Positions 1 to 8,913 of a stretch of 64,000 bases of DNA are shown here, piece by piece. Numbering within the stretch: position 1 is the first letter of the stretch; each line of letters begins with the position of its first letter. The notes under the pieces were generated by a model that did not search any database, was not told the origin of the DNA, and saw only the letters and a program-made list of their open reading frames with translations. This DNA comes from Lachnospiraceae bacterium (GTDB lineage: Bacteria > Bacillota > Clostridia > Lachnospirales > Lachnospiraceae). The stretch is taken from the NCBI GenBank assembly GCA_017935565.1, contig JAGBHK010000021.1:39681-103680 (forward strand). Direction: 5' to 3'. The position numbers and the translations under genes are program-made.

Positions 1-558
1 CAATGCTTGAACCACCGCAACTTGGCTTAATTACAACTGGATACTTAACACCCATTTCGTCAGGTGTGCAATATGGCTGTTTTTTGTTAATTGCATAACC
101 ATTTGACTGTGGGACATCATATGCCTTGAAAATAGCTTTAGTAACCGCTTTACTCATGGCCATAGCACTTGGAAGACAATCGCAACCAGTATACTTAATT
201 CCCATCAAATCAAATGTAGCTTGAATCTTACCATCCTCACCATTACTTCCATGAAGACCTAAGAAAACAACATCTGCCTCATTACAAATCCTCAAAACAT
301 TTGGACCTAAGAAAGATTTTCTTGTTTTCTTTATATTTTTAATATCTTTACCTCTTTTTTGAATGTCTAAAAGAGCTGCTTCAACATCATAATAATCAGT
401 AAATCCAACAAATGAATCAAGTCCTAAAAAGACATCTAGTAATATTGCTTTGTGTCCTTTGGCTCTAAGAGCATTGCAAACACCTTTACTTGTTACCAGT
501 GAAACATCTCTTTCTGTGCTTGTTCCACCACATAAAACTACTATATTTTTATTTTCCA
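1..558 (-). CDS. ddl: D-alanine--D-alanine ligase, N-terminal ~185 codons (3' end lies beyond the window start)
   Basis: Own reverse-strand translation from ATG at 556-558: MENKNIVVLCGGTSTERDVSL...VVFLGLHGSNGEDGKIQATFDLMGIKYTGC...YPVVIKPSCGGSSI. This matches the Ddl N-terminal and ATP-grasp motifs. The frame is open to position 1, so it is absent from the ORF track. Confidence 0.85.
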
Positions 559-604
559 TGGATTATACCTCGCTTAATTTTTTTTCCAACAATATACAAT
601 TATA

Positions 605-2668
605 CTACAAGTTTAGCTTCATGTGTAGTCGTAAAATATCATTTATTTTATTTAATAAAATATTTTTTTCATCATTTGTAATGTCATATTGATTATTTTC
701 AAGTTTTTTTACTACATCTGAAGTCATCTTTAAGACATCGGCATCGTTGAAAATATCGGCCATTTTAAACTCCATATCACCACTTTGCCTTACACCAAAG
801 AAATCTCCACTACCTCTTAGTTTCAAATCTTCACTAGCAATATAGAAACCGTCGTTTGATTTATTTACAATTTCCAGTCTTTCAGTGGGTGTTTTGCTTT
901 TATTTCCCGAAACAAATACACAATATGATTGATGTGCACCTCTTCCTACACGACCTCTTAACTGATGTAATGAAGCAAGACCAAATCTGTCGGCATCCTC
1001 AATAATCATCACTGTAGCATTTGGGACATTGACACCAACCTCAACAACTGTTGTAGAAACTAATACATTTATGTTATTTTTAGCAAATTCTTCCATTATG
1101 TGATTCTTTTCATCAGCCTTCATTTTACCGTGTAAAAATTCAATACTTATGTATTCCGGAAGATTTTCCTTTAACATTTTTGTATATGAAACAACATCAC
1201 TTGAATCAATGTTTTCATTTTCCCAGACCATCGGACAAATAACATAAGCCTGACGGCCCTCTGAAACTTGTTTTTCAATGAATTTCAATGCCTTTCTTCT
1301 GTCTTCTCTTGGTATTACACAGTTTTTTATCGGCAATCTATTTGCTGGCATTGTATCAACTATGGAAATATCAAGGTCTCCATATAATATAATTCCTAAT
1401 GTTCTAGGAATTGGCGTCGCGCTCATAACTAGTACATGTGGTGAATTTCCTTTATTTGATAACTTTTCCCTTTGTTTTACACCAAATCTGTGTTGCTCGT
1501 CAGTTATTACCAAACCTAAATTTTTATATTCAACCACATCTTCGATTATAGCATGTGTACCAATAACTATATTTACTTCATTGTTCTTGATTTTATCATA
1601 TATTTCAAGTTTTTCTTTTCTCTTTGTCGAGCCAGTTAATAATACAGGCTCAATATTTAAGTTTAAACTTTCTTTTAATTCTAAAAGCCCTTCATAATGC
1701 TGCTTTGCAAGAACTTCTGTTGGTGCCATCATTGCTGTTTGATAACCATTTGCAATGAAATCGAACATTGTAAGAAATGCAATAATTGTTTTACCACAAC
1801 CAACATCCCCTTGTATAAGTCTATTCATTAATCTCGAACTTGACACATCATTTCTAATTTCTTCTATAACTTTCAACTGAGCATCAGTCAATGAAAAAGC
1901 CAGCCTATTAATAATCTCATTTGAATATGAAAAATCCGAAAAACATATATCTGTGTTTTTTGACACTTCATCATTTTTTAATGATTTCAAAGCATATAAA
2001 AACATAAAAAACTCATTAAAAACCAATCTTTTATGGGCCTGTTTTAGTTCCGTATCATTCGCCGGAAAATGAACTTTTCTAATTGCATCTTCAAAACTTA
2101 TCATTTGATTTTCATCAAGAATAGCTTTAGGAATAAATTCATTCAAATAATCAGATACAAAGTCTTTGTTATTAAGACACTCTTTTACAGCCTTATTAAT
2201 AGAGTTGCTTGTTATTCCTTTTTTCAATCTGTAGATTGGCTGCAACAAATTGAGTTTTTCTTCATATTTTTCCAATGTATATATTTCAGGCTGTTCCATC
2301 GCATCAATAATATTGAATTGTTTAGATGAAACTCGTCCTCTAAATACGAATTTGTAGCCTATTTTTAATAATTTATTAATATACGGCATATTAAACCATG
2401 TAAGTTTTAATGTATCACCATTTTCGTCCCTTACATTTACATTTGTGATAGTAAGATTTCTAACCTTTTTCATAGTTGGATTAGAAGCTACTACGGCTTT
2501 AATTGCAACAATTCCTAAACAATCAGACTCTTTAATGGATTTAGGTTCTTTAAATTCATCATAATCACGCGGAAAATAATTAACCAAGTCCACAGGTTCA
2601 AATATATCCAATTTATTAAAGTTTTCAGCAGTTTTTTCACCAACGCCTTTTATATCTGTTAATTTCAC
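605..2668 (-). CDS. recG: ATP-dependent DNA helicase RecG
   Basis: 687-aa ORF. Helicase motifs GDVGCGKT (Walker A), TDEQHRFG, MSATPIPRT and QLRGRVGRG, with an N-terminal wedge/OB region. Sits next to yloV as in other Firmicutes. Confidence 0.95.
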   Translation of the reverse strand: MKLTDIKGVGEKTAENFNKLDIFEPVDLVNYFPRDYDEFKEPKSIKESDCLGIVAIKAVVASNPTMKKVRNLTITNVNVRDENGDTLKLTWFNMPYINKLLKIGYKFVFRGRVSSKQFNIIDAMEQPEIYTLEKYEEKLNLLQPIYRLKKGITSNSINKAVKECLNNKDFVSDYLNEFIPKAILDENQMISFEDAIRKVHFPANDTELKQAHKRLVFNEFFMFLYALKSLKNDEVSKNTDICFSDFSYSNEIINRLAFSLTDAQLKVIEEIRNDVSSSRLMNRLIQGDVGCGKTIIAFLTMFDFIANGYQTAMMAPTEVLAKQHYEGLLELKESLNLNIEPVLLTGSTKRKEKLEIYDKIKNNEVNIVIGTHAIIEDVVEYKNLGLVITDEQHRFGVKQREKLSNKGNSPHVLVMSATPIPRTLGIILYGDLDISIVDTMPANRLPIKNCVIPREDRRKALKFIEKQVSEGRQAYVICPMVWENENIDSSDVVSYTKMLKENLPEYISIEFLHGKMKADEKNHIMEEFAKNNINVLVSTTVVEVGVNVPNATVMIIEDADRFGLASLHQLRGRVGRGAHQSYCVFVSGNKSKTPTERLEIVNKSNDGFYIASEDLKLRGSGDFFGVRQSGDMEFKMADIFNDADVLKMTSDVVKKLENNQYDITNDEKNILLNKINDILRLHMKLNL

Positions 2669-2682
2669 CTTGTACTCCTATA

Positions 2683-2718
2683 CGATAATAAATTAGCAAG
2701 AGCCAAGACTCTTGCTAA
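2683..2718 (-). terminator. Rho-independent terminator downstream of yloV
   Basis: Inverted repeat ttagcaagag/ctcttgctaa (2693-2718) with a 6-nt loop, followed on the minus strand by TTTATTAT. Confidence 0.6.
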
Positions 2719-2736
2719 TCATTAAATAATATAATC

Positions 2737-4548
2737 TTATTCTACTGACATAATGTAATAGTAAACTGGCTGACCACCAAAACTTACTTCTACATCAACA
2801 CTTGGATATGCCTTTGTAATCTCTTCAGCAACCATTTCTGCATCTTCTTCTGTCATATCAGCACCATAGTAAATGCTTACTAATTCAGAATCATCATCAA
2901 TAAGTTCGTTGATAGTTTCAAAAGCTGTGCTATTAATATTCTGTCCAACAGCAACAATGGCTTTATCACCGATACCCATGATATCGTTTTCTTTGATTTC
3001 AAAGCCATCAAGTTCTGTATCTCTTACTGCATATGTTACCTGACCAGTTTTTACTCTAGTCATTTCTTCTGTCATTCTTTCAGTATTTTCCTCTGTGCTT
3101 CTCTCGTCAATGAAATTGATTAAAGCTGTAATACCCTGAGGTATAGACTTTGAAGGAATAACAACTACTTCCTTATCTTCTACAAGATAACTTGCCTGAT
3201 TTGCAGCAAGGATAATATTGCTATTATTAGGGAATACATAAACTGTATCTGCATTAACCTTATCAATAGCATTAATAATATCTTCTGTACTTGGGTTCAT
3301 TGTCTGACCACCTTCGATAATCTCATCAACGCCAAGTCCCTTAAATATTTCACTTAAACCTTCACCAACAGAAACTGATATGAATCCAACTGGTTTTCTA
3401 GGGCCTTCAGCCTTTACAGGTTCTTCCTTTATCTCTACAACAGTATCGTCTTTATCAAGAATTTCTGTTTCAACAGCTTCCTCAACAGTCGCAGACTCTT
3501 CTACTGGTGTATCAACAGTTTCTTCTACCTTTTCTTCTACATTAGTTTCCACATTAACTTCTTCACTAGTTTCTGTGTCAGTTTTTTGCGCTTCCTTAAA
3601 GAGTTTTTCTTCATGTTCTTCACGCATATTGTCAATCTTCATACTTGTCAACTGACCAAATGTCAATGCTTTCTGAATAGCAAGACCTGGATCATTTGTA
3701 TGAACATGAACTTTTACAATATCGTCCATAGAAACTACTACAATAGAGTCACCAAGAGATTCTAAGTATGCCTTAAAATCCTTCTCAATCTTTTCGTTCC
3801 AATCTTTCTCTAACATAATAATAAATTCTGTACAATAACCGAATTTAATATCTGATGTATCAATAGACTCGCTTGACATTCTAACTGCACCACTACCATT
3901 AGCAGTTGCTCCCTGTGTAAAGTCAATTTCTTTACCACAGAATGCATCATAGCAGCCTTTTAATATCTGCATAAGTCCCTGTCCGCCTGAATCTACAACG
4001 CCAGCTTGTTTAAGAACTGGTAACATCTCTGGTGTCTGACTTAAAACATAATCACCGTGTTCAAGAGCGGCTTTAAAGATTTCATCTAAATTATCTGTAG
4101 TTTGTGCTACTTCAACTGCCTTTTCAGCAACACCCTTTGCTACTGTAAGGATTGTACCTTCCTTTGGCTTCATAACCGCCTTGTATGCAGTTTCAACAGC
4201 TCTAGTGAAAGCTATAGCTATAACCTCTGAATCAATATATTCAACTTCCTTAATCTCTTTTGTGAACCCTCTGAATAACTGAGACAAAATAACACCTGAA
4301 TTACCTCTAGCACCTCTTAATGAGCCTGTAGAAATAGCCTTTGCAAGTTCAGCAAGTGTTGGATTTTCAAACTTACTTACCTCTCTGGCAGCTGCCATAA
4401 TTGTCATAGACATATTTGTACCTGTATCACCATCTGGAACAGGAAATACGTTTAATTCATTTATCCATTCTTTTTTCGCTTCAAGATTACTAGCACCTGC
4501 TAAAAACATTTTTTGCAGAAGCTTCGCATCAATACTGGTCTTAATCAC
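2737..4548 (-). CDS. yloV: DAK2 domain-containing protein YloV
   Basis: 603 aa. The N-terminus NVFPVPDGDTGTNMSMT is the Dak2/YloV signature. An acidic linker is followed by a DegV-like C-terminal half. asp23-yloV-recG synteny. Confidence 0.9.
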   Translation of the reverse strand: MIKTSIDAKLLQKMFLAGASNLEAKKEWINELNVFPVPDGDTGTNMSMTIMAAAREVSKFENPTLAELAKAISTGSLRGARGNSGVILSQLFRGFTKEIKEVEYIDSEVIAIAFTRAVETAYKAVMKPKEGTILTVAKGVAEKAVEVAQTTDNLDEIFKAALEHGDYVLSQTPEMLPVLKQAGVVDSGGQGLMQILKGCYDAFCGKEIDFTQGATANGSGAVRMSSESIDTSDIKFGYCTEFIIMLEKDWNEKIEKDFKAYLESLGDSIVVVSMDDIVKVHVHTNDPGLAIQKALTFGQLTSMKIDNMREEHEEKLFKEAQKTDTETSEEVNVETNVEEKVEETVDTPVEESATVEEAVETEILDKDDTVVEIKEEPVKAEGPRKPVGFISVSVGEGLSEIFKGLGVDEIIEGGQTMNPSTEDIINAIDKVNADTVYVFPNNSNIILAANQASYLVEDKEVVVIPSKSIPQGITALINFIDERSTEENTERMTEEMTRVKTGQVTYAVRDTELDGFEIKENDIMGIGDKAIVAVGQNINSTAFETINELIDDDSELVSIYYGADMTEEDAEMVAEEITKAYPSVDVEVSFGGQPVYYYIMSVE

Positions 4549-4575
4549 AACTAAGTCCTCCTTTAAAACAATCGA

Positions 4576-4935
4576 CTAATCAATAACTCTAACGCCTTCA
4601 ACATAGATGTTAATCTTCTCAATTTTTAACCCTGTAAATTCTTCAACCTTATACTTAACATTATCGATAAGATTGTCAGTAACTGATAAAATATTTACTC
4701 CATATGAAACTATTACATGAAAATCGATTACAATGCGATTGTCTTCGCTTATCTCAACATTTATACCCTTTGTGAGGCTATCCTTTTTCAGTAATTTTAC
4801 CAAACCATCTGCCATACTAACAGCTGCCCTACCTACTATACCAAAACATTCCACAGCTGTAGTGCCAGCATATTTTGCAATAACAGATTCATCAATTAAA
4901 ATGTCGCCATATGATGTGTTTACTTTTCCCTTCAT
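4576..4935 (-). CDS. Asp23/Gls24 family envelope stress protein
   Basis: 119 aa. The length and sequence pattern (IAKYAGTTAVECFGIVG...) are typical of Asp23. Lies immediately upstream of yloV. Confidence 0.9.
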   Translation of the reverse strand: MKGKVNTSYGDILIDESVIAKYAGTTAVECFGIVGRAAVSMADGLVKLLKKDSLTKGINVEISEDNRIVIDFHVIVSYGVNILSVTDNLIDNVKYKVEEFTGLKIEKINIYVEGVRVID

Positions 4936-5054
4936 ATTGAATCCTCCTATCGTTTTTTACATATGTTTGGATATATAAATCAACATATATTTATTTATTT
5001 TACCATAATAAATACATTTTGAAAATAGAAATCTTGCAAAAACTTACAAAACCT

Positions 5055-5678
5055 TTATATAGTACCTTTACCAAGCATATATCTGATACCTTTTTTCATA
5101 TGCTTATTAACATACACAATATTATGAATTATTAAAACTAAAAACATAATAAGCACCGAAAAGACAAATGTATAAAAGTTTGTTTTGTTACTGTAATCTA
5201 AAATGTTTAACAAGGAATTGATTAGTTCAATACGCTTTAATAGAACTGATATCACCATTGATATAATAATCGATATTGGAAATGCGATTATTATTTGCGC
5301 CAAAGGCTCAACAATACAAATACCATATATTTTTCTTTTATTATATCCTAATATTGTGTAAATACCCATTTGCGTTAGCATCGACCTTAACTGTAAATTT
5401 CTAATTAATATCAATGTTACCGCCGCAAAAATTATGATTACAAACATAATTATTTTCATACTTGAAACTATCATATCTGTTCTTTGAACAAAAAATGGAT
5501 CATTTGATATTTGCTGTTTTAGCAAACTATCAAAATTTGAGTCTTGTCTGGCCGTTAAAATTTTTGTTAATACATTAACAGAAACTTCAATAAAAACTAA
5601 ATCCACCACCCAAAATATCAGGTATAAATAAAATATTTTCTTTTCAATCACAAATTTATTTTTTAAATAAGATATCAT
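5055..5678 (-). CDS. Small FtsX-family-like membrane protein (4 predicted TM segments, no large extracytoplasmic domain)
   Basis: 207 aa. One N-terminal TM, then LRSMLTQMGIYTILGYNKRKIYGICIVEPL followed by hydrophobic helices, which is an FtsX-domain pattern. Start is 12 nt after the upstream stop. Confidence 0.5.
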   Translation of the reverse strand: MISYLKNKFVIEKKIFYLYLIFWVVDLVFIEVSVNVLTKILTARQDSNFDSLLKQQISNDPFFVQRTDMIVSSMKIIMFVIIIFAAVTLILIRNLQLRSMLTQMGIYTILGYNKRKIYGICIVEPLAQIIIAFPISIIISMVISVLLKRIELINSLLNILDYSNKTNFYTFVFSVLIMFLVLIIHNIVYVNKHMKKGIRYMLGKGTI

Positions 5679-5690
5679 TACTAATTCCCT

Positions 5691-6626
5691 TTATTTGATA
5701 AAATTTTGTAATTCTTCTATCGTACAATCAAACAAATTCATTTCTTCTCCAGCTTGATTTACAATCTTGACTTCTCTAATATTTATATTTGTATATTTAT
5801 TATCAATAGAACCACCAATTGTATTATATCTTTCAACCAACAAATAACATGTAGAATCTTGAATAGGAAATTTATATTTTATCACAAGAAATTCCTCACC
5901 ACATTCATGCAAGGCAGTATCTGTTTCCAAAAATGTATGTGCATATGAAAAATAATCCTTATATTCAAAACTTTTATTCTGTTTGTTTTCAATTACTTTA
6001 TCAATTGAAATATTATGAATATATTTATCATATATATCCTGAAGTTTATTTTTTATATCTTCATCATAAACAATTGAATATTTTCCAACTAAATCATTAG
6101 TGTCAATTTCGGACTTTGATATCCCTTCATAGTACGAGGCACTTGCAGTTATATTAACAACCTGTGCGTTATCATATTCACATGATTCTGATGCAAAATC
6201 TATGGAATGTTCATAATTTGGATTAAAAATTCTTATTTTCCACAAATCTCCTGTAATTATATCAGCAACTTTATCTTCACTACCAACAAGCTCTATATCC
6301 TTAAGTAAATCTATAATTTCATCCATCACTTGTGCATTGTCAATATAATAATTATCAAATTCTTTTGTTTCTTTATTATACAAACCAAAAACAACCAGAT
6401 TAATATCTGAAGCATCCCAATTGTACAAATCCAAAATATCATTATAATTTGCTTTTTTTCCATTTTCATAAATAATCATAGGATTGTCATCCACTTCATT
6501 AATTTTCTTATTAAACTTTTCTTTTTCATGTAAAAATTTAATCAAAAAAACACATATGCATCCAATACAAACAACACCCAATAAAATTAAAAATTTTTTT
6601 GCTGTAAATTTTTTTAATTTATTCAT
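5691..6626 (-). CDS. Hypothetical membrane-anchored/extracytoplasmic protein
   Basis: 311 aa. N-terminal KK-rich segment plus hydrophobic helix (FLILLGVVCIGCICVFLI). Strong SD GGAGGAAG upstream. I recognise no motif. Confidence 0.6.
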   Translation of the reverse strand: MNKLKKFTAKKFLILLGVVCIGCICVFLIKFLHEKEKFNKKINEVDDNPMIIYENGKKANYNDILDLYNWDASDINLVVFGLYNKETKEFDNYYIDNAQVMDEIIDLLKDIELVGSEDKVADIITGDLWKIRIFNPNYEHSIDFASESCEYDNAQVVNITASASYYEGISKSEIDTNDLVGKYSIVYDEDIKNKLQDIYDKYIHNISIDKVIENKQNKSFEYKDYFSYAHTFLETDTALHECGEEFLVIKYKFPIQDSTCYLLVERYNTIGGSIDNKYTNINIREVKIVNQAGEEMNLFDCTIEELQNFIK

Positions 6627-6663
6627 GAGTCTTCCTCCATTCTAGTGTATATAATAATACAAA

Positions 6664-7947
6664 TTAATTATCTGATTTTAACTCTTTTGCAACTTCTATA
6701 TTTTTTATCGACTCTCTTGCTGCTATAACACTAATTAAAGCTGTTAATGAAACCACTACTATTGCTATGACAACATTATCCGGATAAACTAAATACAAAT
6801 ATGTTTTTTTCCAATATTCCAAAAACATTTTTGAATAGCATGTTATACCTGCACAGAACAAACCAACTGTAATTATTGATAAAACTAACGCTTTAAAGAG
6901 ATTTATTAACTTTTCAATAAAAAATACTTTTGTAATATCACTACGTGTATAACCCATAGACATTTTTAATGCAAATTCCCATTTTCGCTCTTTTACTTCA
7001 TTTAAAGAAGATATAATAATGTTTACAACACCAATTAATAGTAACAAGATGGATATAAGATTTCCTATTCCTGCCACATATTCATAATAACCAATTACAG
7101 TTGGATCTGCCATTACATATCTATCAGGATTTACTAATTCTGTTTCATCCTTAATATCATTTATAAATTTATCAACATCCTCGCTTTCTTTTACATACAT
7201 GGCAAAATAACGTTGAGGTTCTGGGATGTATTGTTCTTCTACTGGAAGACCTTCATTTAAAAGTAAATTTAATTCTAAATCTGCTTTATCATCCATCTCT
7301 TTAATTTCAAGCATTACATCTAGGTTTACAAATGATAATGTGGATTTTGTTCTCGCTTCAAGATTGTCATAAGTACCTATTACTTTAAATTCGTAATCCA
7401 ATCTATCTAAATCATTATATGTTGAATACTGTAACTTTATAGTCTTTCCAATAAGTTCATCACCATTGAAAAAATTTTTTTCATCATACACACCAATATC
7501 AAACATATATCTTGGAATTATAATCTCATCTACATCCGGTTTTTTCTTTTCACCTTTATAATCATAATCAAAGACTGCTTCAAAACAATTTAATATATGT
7601 AAATAATTATCTTTTGTATGTACATATTCCTCTGAATCTAACCAACTTGTTTCACATTCAAAATAAAATTCACTAACTTCTCTTACACGCTTATCCTTAC
7701 TATACTCATCGAAAATAAGTTTCTCTACAGATTCATATTGTTCTTCAAGACAGGTTTCAAAAATAATCCGAGAAACAAATGAATTAACGCTTTTATCAAT
7801 TTCATCATTGATTGATTTGCAATATGAATTAACTCCTAAATAAACTGTAAGGGACAAAAAAATCAAAACAAAAGATATAACATTTGTTTTCCTGTGAGAT
7901 TTTAAATCCTGTATGCCTGTTTTTATTATATCTTTAATGCTTAACAT
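6664..7947 (-). CDS. ABC transporter permease, FtsX/MacB type
   Basis: 427 aa. TM1, a ~250-aa extracytoplasmic domain, then an FtsX domain (VKERKWEFALKMSMGYTRSDITKVFFIEKL plus 3 TM segments). No ATPase gene is adjacent. Confidence 0.8.
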   Translation of the reverse strand: MLSIKDIIKTGIQDLKSHRKTNVISFVLIFLSLTVYLGVNSYCKSINDEIDKSVNSFVSRIIFETCLEEQYESVEKLIFDEYSKDKRVREVSEFYFECETSWLDSEEYVHTKDNYLHILNCFEAVFDYDYKGEKKKPDVDEIIIPRYMFDIGVYDEKNFFNGDELIGKTIKLQYSTYNDLDRLDYEFKVIGTYDNLEARTKSTLSFVNLDVMLEIKEMDDKADLELNLLLNEGLPVEEQYIPEPQRYFAMYVKESEDVDKFINDIKDETELVNPDRYVMADPTVIGYYEYVAGIGNLISILLLLIGVVNIIISSLNEVKERKWEFALKMSMGYTRSDITKVFFIEKLINLFKALVLSIITVGLFCAGITCYSKMFLEYWKKTYLYLVYPDNVVIAIVVVSLTALISVIAARESIKNIEVAKELKSDN

Positions 7948-7973
7948 AATGTAAACCCTCTCTTAAATACTAT

Positions 7974-8011
7974 AAAAACAACTTAAATGTATGTACATCT
8001 AAGTTGTTTTT
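7974..8011 (-). terminator. Hairpin terminator after the 8016-8435 gene
   Basis: aaaaacaactta / taagttgttttt inverted repeat with flanking A/T tracts, 4 nt after the stop codon. Confidence 0.6.
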
Positions 8012-8015
8012 ATTT

Positions 8016-8435
8016 TTAATCATAAAGCACTGATAACTTATCACACATAATATGTGTATCATCACATTGAATAGCAACAAAATATTGTTGATTTTTTGTT
8101 AAATATATTCTTGCCGTTGTGAATCCTGAATCATATGTATGTAAAACACTTTTTTTTCTAGTTTTACATGATACATACTTTCCATACTTATCTTTCTGAT
8201 ATACGCCTGTTGTAAAAGAACCATTTCCAGTGATATAGTCATAATGCAATGTAAAACTACTGTAATCAGTTTCTTTAGGTGCAATCTGTTCAGATGTGTA
8301 ATTCTTCACACCATCTAATAAATATTTATCACAGAAAAAATATGCATTTTTACTATAACCAAACACACAAATACACATAGCAACAGATATAACTGTAATA
8401 ATCAAAAACGATAATATTAATCGAAACTTTTTCAT
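8016..8435 (-). CDS. Hypothetical small secreted or membrane-anchored protein
   Basis: The ORF track gives 8016..8453. ATG at 8435 is preceded by AAGGAGG. The N-terminus MKKFRLILSFLIITVISVAMCICVF looks like a signal or anchor sequence. Several Cys residues; no known motif. Confidence 0.6.
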   Translation of the reverse strand: MKKFRLILSFLIITVISVAMCICVFGYSKNAYFFCDKYLLDGVKNYTSEQIAPKETDYSSFTLHYDYITGNGSFTTGVYQKDKYGKYVSCKTRKKSVLHTYDSGFTTARIYLTKNQQYFVAIQCDDTHIMCDKLSVLYD

Positions 8436-8548
8436 ATGATAACCTCCTTTCATAATTTTTATACTGTAATAATACTTTATTATTATATCACATTTTTTTT
8501 TTATGTAAATAAAAAACTATGTATCTATATAAAAATAAAAAAAAACTC

Positions 8549-8577
8549 TTGCAAAATATCTTTTCTTCTGTTAGAAT
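8549..8577 (+). promoter_or_regulatory. Sigma-A-type promoter of rpmB
   Basis: TTGCAA (8549-8554), 17-nt spacer, TAGAAT (8572-8577). AAGGAGG lies at 8617-8623, before the ATG at 8631. Confidence 0.6.
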
Positions 8578-8630
8578 ATCATTTGTTGTGATTAAGAATA
8601 ATAATCAAGTTAACTTAAGGAGGTGCAATT

Positions 8631-8816
8631 ATGGCAAAGTGTTCAATTTGTAACAAAGGTGCTCATTTCGGTATTGCTGTGAGCCATTCTCATAGAAGAA
8701 ACAATAAGATGTGGAAGTCTAACGTTAAGTCTGTTAGAGTAAGCGTAAATGGCGGAACAAAGAAAATGTACGTATGTACAGGTTGTTTAAGATCAGGTTT
8801 AGTAGAAAGAGCTTAG
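8631..8816 (+). CDS. rpmB: 50S ribosomal protein L28
   Basis: 61 aa, MAKCSICNKGAHFG...SHSHRRNNKMWKSNV, the canonical L28 sequence. Divergent from the asp23-yloV-recG side, as is usual. Confidence 0.95.
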   Translation: MAKCSICNKGAHFGIAVSHSHRRNNKMWKSNVKSVRVSVNGGTKKMYVCTGCLRSGLVERA

Positions 8817-8830
8817 TCTTTGTACGTAAT

Positions 8831-8856
8831 AATGAGCCAAGCGCCTCAAGGCGATT
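8831..8856 (+). repeat. 26-nt 3'-UTR motif AATGAGCCAAGCGCC-TCA-AGGCGATT (copy 1)
   Basis: Identical at 23 of 26 positions to the reverse complement of 50988-51013. All three differences fall in the loop of a CGCC/GGCG mini-hairpin. Lies 14 nt after the rpmB stop. Confidence 0.6.
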
Positions 8857-8867
8857 GTGAAATAAAG

Positions 8868-8908
8868 AAGAGAAAGAAATTTATTTTTAAAATTTCTTTC
8901 TCTTTTTT
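8868..8908. terminator. Bidirectional terminator between rpmB and metH
   Basis: 15-bp inverted repeat aagagaaagaaattt/aaatttctttctctt followed by TTTT on the plus strand and a T-rich stretch on the minus strand. Sits between convergent genes. Confidence 0.7.
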
Positions 8909-8913
8909 GTTAC

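Noticed and set aside
1278-1697. Plus-strand ORFs antisense to well-supported minus-strand genes. Examples are 1278-1697, 3380-3655, 16849-17307, 19583-20014, 33748-34248, 35473-35946, 43266-43709, 48195-48578 and 60158-60679.
   Set aside because: Each lies wholly inside a gene with clear family motifs on the opposite strand. Their products are low-complexity Ser/Leu/Ile/Phe-rich strings typical of antisense frames in AT-rich DNA. None has an SD or a recognisable motif.
8099-8284. 61-aa minus-strand ORF nested inside the 8016-8435 gene in another frame.
   Set aside because: It lies entirely within a longer ORF that has a strong SD and a signal-peptide-like N-terminus. There is no independent support for it.
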